Source: Alphaproteobacteria bacterium (GTDB taxonomy: Bacteria > Pseudomonadota > Alphaproteobacteria > UBA828). Taken from it: a stretch of DNA of 64,000 nt. The DNA lies in assembly GCA_965214705.1 (NCBI GenBank), contig CBDCCI010000002.1:320001-384000 (forward strand), in the 5' to 3' direction. The position numbers and the translations under genes are program-made. How positions within the stretch are numbered: the stretch's first letter is position 1; each line of letters starts with the position of its first letter. Below the pieces are notes generated by a model that was not told the DNA's origin, made no database searches, and saw nothing but the letters and a program-made list of their open reading frames with translations. Shown piece after piece: positions 28,670-38,096 of this stretch.

Positions 28670-29712
28670 TTGCGTTCTCCTTCGCTCTCGAATGCAGGGA
28701 ACCCCGGAACCTCGTTCCGCTCCCGGAACGCAAGCCGCGTCTCGCGGCCGTCGCGGCTGACCAGCGCGTAGGGCACGTCGGGGAACCGGTAGGCCCAGCG
28801 CCCGCCAGCGCCGCGCTCCGCCGCCCATGGCCCCGGCGAGAGCAGATCGGCCCGCGACACGAGCAGCAGGTCGGTGCCGAGCAGCCACGCCCGGTCGCCG
28901 GGATCCCCGCCGTCGACCTCCAGGCGCTCCGCGCCCGGTGGGGCGATCCCGCCCAGAAGGTCCAGCAGCACCCCGTCCCCGGCGTGGAAACCGGCCTGCG
29001 CCGCGACTTCCGGCATGGCGTTGGGTCCGCGCAGGCTCAGCCTGATCTCGACCCGGAAGTCCGCTTCCGCGCCGCCGCCCCGAACGATCGCCGCCAGCGG
29101 CTCGGCCAGGCCGTGCAGCTTCACGACCGCGTTGCCGTGCAGGGAGCGCGCCTGCGGGGCCAAATAGAGGAGGTGACTCGCCGCCGGTCCGCTTCCGCCG
29201 CCGGCCACCCCGGTCGTCTCCGGCACGACGGTCCCGGACAGAACTGTCTCGGACAGGACTGTCTCGGACAGAAACCGGCCATCCACCAGCACCCGTTCGA
29301 TCGGCCAGGGTGCGCCGGTGGCGTCGGTGAACGAGACCGCCGTCACGTAGCCCTTGCGTACCGCGATCGAGGGGATCGCACCCTCGCCGGGAGCGCCGAT
29401 GAGCACCCGCCTGATTCGGCCTTCCGGCGGCGAACCGCCGCCGAGCGCCACCGCCGCCTGCGTCTCCCGCAGCAGGTGTCCCAGCGCCTCGATCTGGTCC
29501 GCCGTGAACGGCATCGCCGCCCGGCCCTCGCGCGCGACGTCCTCGTCCGGCGCCGCGTGCTCCATCCACAGGGATTCGCCCTGGTACAGGGGATCGCCCT
29601 GATGAACCTCGCCGCCGCCGTCCCGGCCGCTATCGGCGGAGACCGATGTCACCGGTGCGGCGGCCAGCAACAGGGATATGGCAAGAGCGGCTCTCAAGGT
29701 TCGTCTCCTCAT
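28666..29712 (-). CDS. icmK: DotH/IcmK (TraN) core protein
   Basis: Signal peptide; GYVTAVSFTDATGAPWPI, GNAVVKLHGLAEP, RGPNA. Confidence 0.88.
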   Translation of the reverse strand: MRRRTLRAALAISLLLAAAPVTSVSADSGRDGGGEVHQGDPLYQGESLWMEHAAPDEDVAREGRAAMPFTADQIEALGHLLRETQAAVALGGGSPPEGRIRRVLIGAPGEGAIPSIAVRKGYVTAVSFTDATGAPWPIERVLVDGRFLSETVLSETVLSGTVVPETTGVAGGGSGPAASHLLYLAPQARSLHGNAVVKLHGLAEPLAAIVRGGGAEADFRVEIRLSLRGPNAMPEVAAQAGFHAGDGVLLDLLGGIAPPGAERLEVDGGDPGDRAWLLGTDLLLVSRADLLSPGPWAAERGAGGRWAYRFPDVPYALVSRDGRETRLAFRERNEVPGFPAFESEGERK

Positions 29713-30353
29713 TGCGCCGGCCTCCGCTTGTCCGCGATCAGCTGTGCGATGCCGATGCCGGCGGGCCGCTCGGAGAGCGGCACCCGCATCACCAGGACAC
29801 GCGCAAGCAGGTCCTGGCTCACGCTGCGCGCGCCCGCCGCGAAGGTCACCAGAAGCGGGAACTCGATGGCCCAGCCGAGACGCCCCTCGAAGTAGCGCGT
29901 CTCCGTCACCACCGGCGCGCCTTGCGCCACCGCAGAGGCCACCTGCAGGTTGTCCCTTAGCCGGTCCAGGAACAGGCTCTCCTCCAGCCCCTTCAGGAAG
30001 GACTCGTAGCCCTCGTCGGTGAAGCTCTCGCGCACCGAGGCGAGCCTGAGCCGCCAGTCGTGGTGGCCGAGGGTGAAGGCCTCGGTGACCGCCGAGACGG
30101 TCCAGTTCCTGAGCGCCGCGTCGGACATGATCGGATCGTCGAGCGGGGTCAGCGGCACCAGCTTGCCGTCCGGCGTGGCGGCGACGGTGATGTAGACGGT
30201 GGAGTGGAGCGCCACGTATGCGCCGAATATGGCCAGCGTGAGCGCGTTGCAGAGCAGCAGCCAGACTGCGGCCCTGCGCCAGCCGCGGTGCTGGTCGCGG
30301 TGGAAGGCGAAGCGGTTGACCGCATGCCTGACGGCGCGCGACCGTTCACTCAT
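29709..30353 (-). CDS. icmL: DotI/IcmL (TraM) VirB8-like protein
   Basis: One TM; ATPDGKLVPLTPLDDPIMSDAALRNW, FTDEGYESF, GIGIAQLI. Confidence 0.9.
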   Translation of the reverse strand: MSERSRAVRHAVNRFAFHRDQHRGWRRAAVWLLLCNALTLAIFGAYVALHSTVYITVAATPDGKLVPLTPLDDPIMSDAALRNWTVSAVTEAFTLGHHDWRLRLASVRESFTDEGYESFLKGLEESLFLDRLRDNLQVASAVAQGAPVVTETRYFEGRLGWAIEFPLLVTFAAGARSVSQDLLARVLVMRVPLSERPAGIGIAQLIADKRRPAQ

Positions 30354-31401
30354 CGGCCGAGCCCTCCAGCCAGGAATCGACGTCTTCAACGTCTCCGACC
30401 CGCTGCGCGACGCGGCCGTCCCCCGCCCGCCAGGCGATCAGCGGAACCGCGCCGGCGCCCCACGCATCGAACAGGGCGTTGTTGCGGGCGATCCGGCGCC
30501 CGCCCTCCGGGCTCGCCCGCTCGTCCGGTCCTTCGAACCAGGCCAGCGCCGGATCGGAGCCGGACGCGATGGCGGCGGCCTCGCGGGCCGAGGCGGCGCC
30601 GAGCACGCCCACCGGGATCACCCGCAGCCGCAGGCGTCCGTCGAGTGCGGCACGCACCAGCCGTGTGACCGCCGCGCGCGACCAGCGGCAGGCGGGATCG
30701 GCGAACACCACCGCCGCCGGGCCGCTCCGCCCGACCGAAAAGCCGAAGGCGGAATGGGATCGCGCGAGCAGCGCCTCCGCGTACCAAGGAGTTCCCTTGT
30801 CGGGTACCTGCGGCTCGCCGCCCTCGGCGTGAGCCAGGCGGAACGCTGCGGCATCGGAGATATCGCCCCTGTCTGCCTTGCCGGTTCCGCGTCCCTCGAA
30901 CCCGGCGACGTAAACTGGAAGGACATCGGTCTCGCCGTCGCGAGCCGCCTCATGGCCGGACCGTCCGCCGGAGACGGAGCTCTCCCCGTTCGGCGTGGCG
31001 CGAGACACGCGCCGCGCCACATACGTCTCGACGGCGCTTCCGCTTGAGATACCCTCGGAAGCGAGTTGGCGGCCGGTGAGCAGGGCTCCGTCGGGACCGT
31101 AGAGCAGACCCGCGACCGCATGGCCGTCCGGCGTCAGGTAGAGGCTGTAGGCGTCGCCGTCCGCCGGCTCCACCAGGCGCCCGTCGAGACCGCCCCGCTT
31201 GCCCAGCGGCAGGACGCGCGCGCCGTTCGCGCGCAGGGCCGCGACCACGGCCGGTTCCGGCCTCTCCACGGCCGACAGGTCAATCGGCGGCCGCGGCCAC
31301 CGGTCCGGCAACGACAGCACCGCGATGCACGCCGCCAGGCCCCCGAGGCATCCCGCCAGGAGAGGCCCGAGAGACCGCATCGGCGCTCCCGCGCGCCTCA
31401 T
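30346..31401 (-). CDS. DsbC/DsbG-like thioredoxin-fold periplasmic protein (CxxS variant)
   Basis: YLTPDGHAVAGLLYG dimerisation-like region; VVFADPACRWS; VIPVGVLG; AVP cis-Pro motif. Confidence 0.78.
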   Translation of the reverse strand: MRRAGAPMRSLGPLLAGCLGGLAACIAVLSLPDRWPRPPIDLSAVERPEPAVVAALRANGARVLPLGKRGGLDGRLVEPADGDAYSLYLTPDGHAVAGLLYGPDGALLTGRQLASEGISSGSAVETYVARRVSRATPNGESSVSGGRSGHEAARDGETDVLPVYVAGFEGRGTGKADRGDISDAAAFRLAHAEGGEPQVPDKGTPWYAEALLARSHSAFGFSVGRSGPAAVVFADPACRWSRAAVTRLVRAALDGRLRLRVIPVGVLGAASAREAAAIASGSDPALAWFEGPDERASPEGGRRIARNNALFDAWGAGAVPLIAWRAGDGRVAQRVGDVEDVDSWLEGSADE

Positions 31402-31862
31402 CGTCCCTCTCCTGCGAAGGGCGCCCGATGAAGGACCGCGAGCGTTCGCCCGTCGGGCCTGAGCTCGCCCGCCGGCGGATGCGGCATATGGGAGAGCGAA
31501 GAGAACAACGCCCGCGTCGCCTCCTCGAAGGAACCGCGGAAAGCCCTCCCCTCGTGCAGCCGGTAGCGGCGGTCGGTGAGGAACAGCACCTCCATGCCGG
31601 CGCGCCCTGCCCAGCGGTCCAGAACCTCCCGCAGCATCTCGTTGGGATGAACGCGCCATCGGCCGGAGCCCGGCTTTGCCGCTGTGGTCTCGTCTGCAGC
31701 AATCCGGGCGTCGCCGCTTGCATCGGAGTCCAGCGCCCGCTCCGGTTCCGTACCGCCGCCGGCGTCGACCGCGTTCGGCGACGTCCCGTCCTGCGGCACA
31801 TAGAGGAAGCCGGCATGTCCGGCCGTGGACAGGCACGCCGTTGCCAACGCCACTGCCGCCAT
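31398..31862 (-). CDS. TcpQ/PilL-like domain protein
   Basis: Signal peptide; WRVHPNEMLREVLDRWAGRAG...FRGSFEEATRALF. Confidence 0.75.
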   Translation of the reverse strand: MAAVALATACLSTAGHAGFLYVPQDGTSPNAVDAGGGTEPERALDSDASGDARIAADETTAAKPGSGRWRVHPNEMLREVLDRWAGRAGMEVLFLTDRRYRLHEGRAFRGSFEEATRALFSSLSHMPHPPAGELRPDGRTLAVLHRAPFAGEGR

Positions 31863-32191
31863 CAGCCGAAGTCCACGAAACGCCGCGCGCGCCTGGCGTG
31901 GAGGGCCGTGCGCCGTCCGGCCAGCCTTGCGCGCACCGCCCTCAGCGCCGCGTGAAGCCGGTAGCCTCTGGCTTCCGCCACCCTCAGGGCGGTCCCTGCG
32001 ATCAGCACCGCCGCCGTCGTCCACCACGCCGGCACGAACAGCCAGACCGTCAGCAGCACAAGCAGCCGCGCGTCGATGACGTAGAAGCGCACCGGCCGCA
32101 TCGTGTCCCGCCACGGGACAACACCCCGGTCCAGGGGAACTCCCTGGCGCGGCGTCTCCATCGAGACGGCGTCCATCGAGATGGCCATCAT
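31862..32191 (-). CDS. icmT: IcmT/TraK family protein
   Basis: WRDTMRPVRFYVIDAR, two TMs, RGYRLHAALRAVRARLAG. Confidence 0.9.
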   Translation of the reverse strand: MMAISMDAVSMETPRQGVPLDRGVVPWRDTMRPVRFYVIDARLLVLLTVWLFVPAWWTTAAVLIAGTALRVAEARGYRLHAALRAVRARLAGRRTALHARRARRFVDFG

Positions 32192-32203
32192 TCATCTCCC
32201 CGG

Positions 32204-33481
32204 TCAAAGCCACATCCTCCCTGTCGTGCCGGGACTACAGGCGGTTGGCGGACCCTCCGCGGTAGCCGTCACGCGCCGCCAATCCGCCTCCCCGATCCGC
32301 CCCTCCTGAAAGGCTCTGTCGGCGCTCGCCGCGAGATCGTTGCCGGTGCGCCGCAGCGCATCCGCGATCAGCGCCGGCCAGCGCTCTTGCGGCGCCTCCA
32401 TCAGCGTCCCCTTGAGGGCGCCGTCGAAGCGCAGCCACTCCCTGATGGCGGTGCGTCCACGCGAAGAGGTGCGACCACCCGAAGGGGTGCGGCCACCCGA
32501 AGGGGTGCTGCCACCCGAAGGGGTGTGTCCGCCTTGCGGGTTCGGCAGCAGCATCTGGGTCACGACGAGGGTCATCACGTCGATCAGCGCCGCGCCCCGC
32601 TCGTGGCGCTCGCTCGCCGGGAACTCCGCCAGAAGACGCCGGATCGCGGCGGCCACGCCCACCGTGTGCGCGGTGGCGAACACGGCGATCCCGAAGTCCG
32701 CCGCCCGGATCACGGCCTCGGCCGTCTCCCGGTCCCGCGCCTCGCCGACCACGACCGCCGCGGGGCGGCGCCTGAGGCTTGCCCTCAGTCCCTCGGCGAA
32801 GCTCGGGAAGTGGCGCGGCACCTCCGAGGACGACATCAGCGCCCCGTCGCCGCCGATGCCGTCGAACACGAACTCGATCGGCGCCTCATAGGACTGCACC
32901 CGGCCCGCGCCGCTCTCCAGCAGCCTCCGCGTGCCCGCCGCCAGCAGCGTGGATTTGCCCGACCCCGGCACACCGGTGACCAGCGTCAGGCCCTTGCAGA
33001 GGTCCCAGGCCTCGGCGATCTCGGGTTCGATGCCGAGTGCCTCCAGGGTGGGCGGGCTGCCGGGCAGCACGCGCATGGTGATGTTGATGCCGAAGCGCTG
33101 GCCGGCGAGCACCGGCGAGAGGTTGCAGCGGAAGCGGCGGAAGCACCGGGGGCCGGAGGCGACCGCATAGGAGCAATCGATGGCCCTGCCGGAGCGCAGG
33201 ATGCCGTCTGCGGTGCCGCCACCCGGAGGGGTGCTTCCGCCCGGAGGGTTGCCTTCACCCGCAGGGATGCGGTCGAAGACGCGGGAGCAGATGCGCTCCA
33301 TGACGAGGCCGTCGAGGACGGCGCCGGTGGCCCGGCGGAGCCTCCCGTCGATCTCGACGAAGGCCGGTGCGCCGGTCTGGAAGGAAACGTCGGAGGCGCC
33401 AAGGTCGGCCGCCCAGAGCAGGAAGCCGTCGAGGCCCGCGGCCGGGAAGGCGTGGTCGGCGTCCGCCCAGCGGGGGCTCAT
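32204..33481 (-). CDS. dotB: DotB/TraJ secretion ATPase
   Basis: GASDVSFQTG, RFRCN, VTGVPGSGKSTLLAA, YEAPIEFVFD, LRRRPAAVVVGEARD. Confidence 0.92.
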   Translation of the reverse strand: MSPRWADADHAFPAAGLDGFLLWAADLGASDVSFQTGAPAFVEIDGRLRRATGAVLDGLVMERICSRVFDRIPAGEGNPPGGSTPPGGGTADGILRSGRAIDCSYAVASGPRCFRRFRCNLSPVLAGQRFGINITMRVLPGSPPTLEALGIEPEIAEAWDLCKGLTLVTGVPGSGKSTLLAAGTRRLLESGAGRVQSYEAPIEFVFDGIGGDGALMSSSEVPRHFPSFAEGLRASLRRRPAAVVVGEARDRETAEAVIRAADFGIAVFATAHTVGVAAAIRRLLAEFPASERHERGAALIDVMTLVVTQMLLPNPQGGHTPSGGSTPSGGRTPSGGRTSSRGRTAIREWLRFDGALKGTLMEAPQERWPALIADALRRTGNDLAASADRAFQEGRIGEADWRRVTATAEGPPTACSPGTTGRMWL

Positions 33482-34350
33482 GGGGTGTCTCCACCCGCAG
33501 GGGTGCGCCCACCCGCAGGGGTGTGCCCGCCCGCAGGGGCGTCTCCTTCGGGGAGGGGCTTCCACTCTTCGGGGCGGAGCTCGAAGCGGGCCGGCTCGCC
33601 GAGGGCAGCGCGGGTCTCGTCGATCCGCACGAGCCGTCCGTGGCCGCTTGCGGCGATATGCTCCGTCTCCAGCGCCGGCGCCGAGACCATCCCCGCCAGG
33701 TTGGACCGGCGCCACTGCACCAGCCCCTCGAACACCCGGTTGAGGCGCTCCAGGTCGGAGGCGAAGATATCGTCGGCGAGCGCGGTTCCGTGCTCCCAGC
33801 CCTCGCGCATCCACTGCCGCCAGAGCGCGCCTTCCGCATCGTCGCGGGGAAACAGAATCGCCGCCGGGATCTGCGCATGTGCCCAGTCGCGCACCAGGTA
33901 ATCCCGCCAGTGGGGCACGGCGCTCACGATCCTCTCCGGCTCCACGATCCTCAGGATGCGCCTTGCCCCCGCCGCCTGCCTGCCGGACCGTTCCAGCCGG
34001 AAGGCGCGGTCGGTGCCGGCGAGCACCGGCGGCATCACGGTGAAGCCGTCCTTCTCCAGCATCAGCTCGCGGAAGCGGTAGATCGCGGAGAGTTTCCCGG
34101 CGTGCCGCTCAAGCATCGCGGCGATCTCCCAGCTCCGGCGGGCGAGTCCGGCACGTGCGCCGAAGCCGAGCGCGGCCGATCGCATCGCAGGCCGGCGTGC
34201 TTCTCCGGAGAGCGCGCCGCCGTCCGACGCCGCCTCGGGCGCCTCGGACATCAGCAGCGTCTCCAGCGTCGGCGGCAGCTCCGTGCCGCCAAAGGCGATA
34301 TCGGCGCCGAGGCAGAGGAGGGCCAGCATCAGCAAGCAGAAGCGGGTCAT
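33478..34350 (-). CDS. dotC: DotC/TraI protein
   Basis: AALGFGARAGLA, PPVL, IVSAVPHWRDYL, LERLNRVFEG, LAGMVSAP. Confidence 0.88.
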   Translation of the reverse strand: MTRFCLLMLALLCLGADIAFGGTELPPTLETLLMSEAPEAASDGGALSGEARRPAMRSAALGFGARAGLARRSWEIAAMLERHAGKLSAIYRFRELMLEKDGFTVMPPVLAGTDRAFRLERSGRQAAGARRILRIVEPERIVSAVPHWRDYLVRDWAHAQIPAAILFPRDDAEGALWRQWMREGWEHGTALADDIFASDLERLNRVFEGLVQWRRSNLAGMVSAPALETEHIAASGHGRLVRIDETRAALGEPARFELRPEEWKPLPEGDAPAGGHTPAGGRTPAGGDTP

Positions 34351-34976
34351 GAGCCCTCCTTCCCCGGCGCCGAACCGGTGCGTTCTCCCGTACCCGGGAC
34401 TTGCCCTCTCCAGTCGAGGCGAACCGCGCGGTTGCCCGCGTCCAGCACGAGCGTCGCAGCAGCCCCGGCCTGGAGGCCGGCGTCGCGCAGAACCTCGATG
34501 AGGGGGGTGCCGGCGGCCCTTACGCTGACCATCACCGGCCGTACCGGCATCGGGCCTGCCGCCAAGAAGCGGTAGCCCGCGCGTTGCGCGAGAATCTCGG
34601 CAAGGGCCTCGACAGGGCCGATCCAGTCGAGCGTGACCGCACGCCTCAGGGCGGCCGGCACGTCCTCCAGCGCGGGGGAACTCCCCGGTACAGGGGAACT
34701 CCCTGGCACAGGGGAACTCCCTGATACAGGGGAACGCACCGACGCCCCGGCAACGGCCGGCGGAGTCCGCGCGGCGTCGATCCTGGCCAGCGCGGTCAGC
34801 GCCGCCTCCGCCCGAGCCGCCGCCTCTGCAAGCCGCATCTCCGCAGGGTCCGGCCGCACGGCCGCAGGAGGCGCCGGTTCCGCCTCCGGCGTCCCGGTCC
34901 AGAAGGGCGCGCAGCCGGCTGCAATCGGAGCGATGCAGCAGACCGCGAGGAGGCGACGGGCGCGTGAACGGATCAT
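34347..34976 (-). CDS. dotD: DotD/TraH lipoprotein
   Basis: AAG-C lipobox; RLAEAA, VTLDWIGPVE, LRDAGLQAG. Confidence 0.88.
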   Translation of the reverse strand: MIRSRARRLLAVCCIAPIAAGCAPFWTGTPEAEPAPPAAVRPDPAEMRLAEAAARAEAALTALARIDAARTPPAVAGASVRSPVSGSSPVPGSSPVPGSSPALEDVPAALRRAVTLDWIGPVEALAEILAQRAGYRFLAAGPMPVRPVMVSVRAAGTPLIEVLRDAGLQAGAAATLVLDAGNRAVRLDWRGQVPGTGERTGSAPGKEGS

Positions 34977-36292
34977 CGCACAGCCCCCGCGTCCTCGATG
35001 ACGAGGTGCCGGTTGGGCTCGTGCGCGAACGCCACCAGGGACCGTCGCGTCGCGGGGCCCCCCATGAGCAGATCGGCGGCGTCCAGGAACCCGCCCCGGA
35101 GCGTGGCGCGGGCGCCCACGGCATAGTGCCGCGCAGCCTTCCACACCACCGACCAGCCCGCCTGTGCGCCCCAGTCCTCGAGCACGTCCAGCAGGGTCCC
35201 GTGGCGTGCCGGGTCCACGACCCACAGCCGATCGCCCCGGTCCGGACCCGGCGTATCGGGGACTTGCCCGGTCCCGGGGAGTTCCCCTGCACCAGGGAGT
35301 TCCCCGGAGCCCGTATTCCGATCGGCAGCCGCTGCCGTCCCCTGCGGCGTGCGCTGCTCGATATCGCGATACCGGTAGAAGACCACGGCGCCGCCTGCCC
35401 AGGTCCAGCTGTAGCCGGTGCGCGCCGTCACGAGGTTCAGCAGCCCTGGCAGGCGCCCCTCGAACTTGAGCGTCGTATCGGGCGGATCGGGCAGCCGTAC
35501 GGCGCCGCCGGCGACACGCGCGGGCCGCTCCTCGATCTCGACGGCAACGCCCGCGGCGATGGCGATGCGCTCCGCCACTGCGGCGAAGGGGAGCGGCACT
35601 GCCTCGTCCACGGCGACATCGCGCATCGCCAGCGACGGGGGCAAGGCCGTCCGCACCGGCGCCAGCTCCGTCGCCGCGAGCATGGCGGACCGGTCCGCCG
35701 CTGACGTCGAGCCCGGACGGGGCGGCGGGGGCGCAGGCATGACGATCCGGGAAGCCGCTGCGTCCTGCATGCCCGGATGAACCGGCGGCAGCGGTATCTC
35801 CGGCGTGTCCGCCGCGAGCGCGCTGCCGGCGTTGACGAACACGAACACCGCCATGGCGCTGGCAACCATGCCGGGCCCGAGCGGGCAGTAGCCTTTCAGG
35901 AAGGAGCGGCCGCGGCGGCGCTGGAGCCAGACGCGGTACAGCAGGGAACAGAGCGAGCCCGCCAGCAGTGCCCAGCCCAGCCCGAGGGGACCGAGCACGA
36001 AGCCGAGGCCGCCAAGGAGCATCGCGTCGCCGGGAAAGAGCGGCCAGCGCCGGCGGCACAGCTGCGCCACCGCGATCGGCACGGCGACGACCGCCACACC
36101 GAGTGCTGCACCGAGTCCCGCACTCCACAGCGGCCCCGTCTCGACTGGTCCAAACAACCGCCAGAGCAGGCCGGACCCCACCAGCGCCAGTACCAGGCGC
36201 GCGTCCACGATCGCGCGACGGGCGTCCACCGCGGCGACTGCCGCCATGGCCGTCAGCACGAGGGCGATCAGAACGAGGTCAGTCGCGGTCAT
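34973..36292 (-). CDS. A24 prepilin peptidase fused to PilL/TcpQ-like periplasmic domains
   Basis: N-terminal TMs with AVDARR (Asp1), FPGDAML (Asp2), PLGPGM; C-terminal TLLDVLEDWGAQAGWSVVW...GGFLDAA. Confidence 0.8.
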   Translation of the reverse strand: MTATDLVLIALVLTAMAAVAAVDARRAIVDARLVLALVGSGLLWRLFGPVETGPLWSAGLGAALGVAVVAVPIAVAQLCRRRWPLFPGDAMLLGGLGFVLGPLGLGWALLAGSLCSLLYRVWLQRRRGRSFLKGYCPLGPGMVASAMAVFVFVNAGSALAADTPEIPLPPVHPGMQDAAASRIVMPAPPPPRPGSTSAADRSAMLAATELAPVRTALPPSLAMRDVAVDEAVPLPFAAVAERIAIAAGVAVEIEERPARVAGGAVRLPDPPDTTLKFEGRLPGLLNLVTARTGYSWTWAGGAVVFYRYRDIEQRTPQGTAAAADRNTGSGELPGAGELPGTGQVPDTPGPDRGDRLWVVDPARHGTLLDVLEDWGAQAGWSVVWKAARHYAVGARATLRGGFLDAADLLMGGPATRRSLVAFAHEPNRHLVIEDAGAVR

Positions 36293-36767
36293 GGCCGTCC
36301 TCCCTGGTTGAGGTGCCGAAGGTGGCGGGGAGCAGGGGGCACCACGCGCCGAGCGCCGGATCGGCGCAGAGCGCGGCGGCGAGGGTTGCGGGCGCCTCGC
36401 CCGCCTCCGAACCCGCCCGGTTCAGGGCAAGCAGCGCCGCCTGCGCGTTCTTCAGCGCGGAAAGCGTCGCGATCTCCTCGCGCAGCATTTCCATCGCCGC
36501 CAGCGCCCGCTGCCTGAGCGCCGCAGCGGAACCGGACGCGGTGTTGTCCGCGGACTGCGCCGCAGCACGGCGATCCCCTTCACCGGAGCGTTCCCCTGTG
36601 CCGGGAAGCTCCCCCGTGCCGTGGGCGCCGATGGCGTCCGGCATTACTCGGGGACTTTCCTGGCTGGCGCCCGCAGGCATCGTCCCGGCCTGCGCCATGG
36701 CGCTCGACGTCCAGAGACAGGCAGCCAGAGCAGCAGCGATCGGCAGCAGGGTGAGGCTCGTCTTCAT
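36279..36767 (-). CDS. Secreted hypothetical protein
   Basis: GGAG RBS, signal peptide ending AMA-Q, coiled coil, C-terminal C-x7-C; overlaps the next gene. Confidence 0.65.
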   Translation of the reverse strand: MKTSLTLLPIAAALAACLWTSSAMAQAGTMPAGASQESPRVMPDAIGAHGTGELPGTGERSGEGDRRAAAQSADNTASGSAAALRQRALAAMEMLREEIATLSALKNAQAALLALNRAGSEAGEAPATLAAALCADPALGAWCPLLPATFGTSTREDGHDRD

Positions 36768-36779
36768 CTCTCCGTCTCC

Positions 36780-38096
36780 TCAGCACCCCGTGCAGCGTCC
36801 GACGGTGAGGCGGCTGAAACCGGCCTCCGCCGCGTCGACGCGCCCCGTGGCCCGCACCGCCCGTGCCGTCGCGCCAGCAGCGGAGACCTCCGTTGCCGTC
36901 ACGGTCCGGGCCGTCACGCTGCCGCTCTGCAGGCTCGCGAGCGAAGCGCTGCCGGCCGCCACCGTGCCGCGCACGCCGGCCGAGCCCGCCCTCACGGCGC
37001 CCTGCGCCGTCAGGCTCGCCGCCCTCAGATCGTGTGTGACCGCAAGCGAGCCCGCCGATGCCGCGCCTGCCACCCGCGCGGTCTGCGCCGTGACCCTGGC
37101 CGCCACCTCAGCCGAACCCGAGACGTTCAGCGCGCGGCCCACCATCAGGTCCGCCGTCACCGTGAGCCCGCCGCCCACCGTGAGATCGCTCTCCAGTGCA
37201 AGCGTGTCCGCCTCCATGGCGTTCGCGCCCGTCAGGTCGTTGCCGCCGAGGTCGAGATCGGTCTCCATGCGGTTGGCGTCGGCAAAGCCCGGCACCGGGA
37301 CGCGGTAGAGCTGGTCGCCGTAGACGGCCCGGTGGTCGAGACGCCTGAGCGTCGCCAGCGCGCCCGCTTCGGGCGCGCCGCCGAAGGCGGTCCGGAAGGC
37401 GCTCATGTCGGCGTCCACGGCCGGGCCCGTCAGGCGGTCGGGGATGTCCGGCAGCACCACCCCCATCCTGGCGTTGCCGCCGGCTCCGAACAGCGCCGAT
37501 GCGGGAACCTCGGTGGATCCGGGCGTTCCCCCGCCCGCCGGCACTGTCTGGGTCACCAGCAGGTCGATGGTGTCCGCGCCTGCCGCGAGCATGAGCACCC
37601 GGTAGCCGCGGCCCATGGCGCCCACCTCGGCGAAGCCGGCAGGCAGCGCACCGGCGCCGCGAAGTGTTGCCAGCGTGAGTTCGAAGGAGCCGCCGCCGAG
37701 GGCGGCCAGCATCGCGGGGAAGCGGCCGCTGACGTGGCTTGCGGCGGCGTCGGAGAGCACGGTGAGCTGCCGTGCGGCGAGACGGGCGCGCTCGTCCATG
37801 GCCCTGTTCTCGAAGAAGAGCGCCACGGCCAGCACCATCGCGCCCAGCAGCCCCAGAGCCAGCAGCGACCCAAAGAGGCTCAGTCCCCGGCTCAGCCCCC
37901 GACTGAGCCGCAGGCTCCGTCCCAGGCAATGACGCCGATTCAGCGCAGGGCTCCGTCCCCGGCGGAGGCCTCGACCGGCACCGTGGTTCTGTCCGTGAGT
38001 ACCGCCCAGACCCGGGCATCGGCCCGGTGCTCCATCCAACGCCGGGATCGCCCTCGCGCTCTCGAGACGCCGATGACTTGCGCACACGGTCAGCAT
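36780..38096 (-). CDS. pilV: PilV-like minor pilin/adhesin, paralog 1
   Basis: Prepilin-like RG|LSLFGSLL; LYRVPVPG...NRMETDLDLGGNDLTG motif; repetitive beta C-terminus ending CTGC; start uncertain. Confidence 0.72.
   Translation of the reverse strand: MLTVCASHRRLESARAIPALDGAPGRCPGLGGTHGQNHGAGRGLRRGRSPALNRRHCLGRSLRLSRGLSRGLSLFGSLLALGLLGAMVLAVALFFENRAMDERARLAARQLTVLSDAAASHVSGRFPAMLAALGGGSFELTLATLRGAGALPAGFAEVGAMGRGYRVLMLAAGADTIDLLVTQTVPAGGGTPGSTEVPASALFGAGGNARMGVVLPDIPDRLTGPAVDADMSAFRTAFGGAPEAGALATLRRLDHRAVYGDQLYRVPVPGFADANRMETDLDLGGNDLTGANAMEADTLALESDLTVGGGLTVTADLMVGRALNVSGSAEVAARVTAQTARVAGAASAGSLAVTHDLRAASLTAQGAVRAGSAGVRGTVAAGSASLASLQSGSVTARTVTATEVSAAGATARAVRATGRVDAAEAGFSRLTVGRCTGC

Larger units (their letters stand above)
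26862..33543 (+). repeat. Intragenic 18-bp tandem repeat family B, core CACCC-GNA-GGGGTG
   Basis: Arrays at 26862-26951 (x5), 32450-32530 (x4), 33218-33270 (x3), 33482-33543 (x3). Confidence 0.88.

Noticed and set aside
18413-34976. Legionella-type effector-secreting virulence system
   Set aside because: No DotL/M/N, IcmS/W or effector-like genes seen; the linked relaxase, T4CP and thin pilus point to conjugation.
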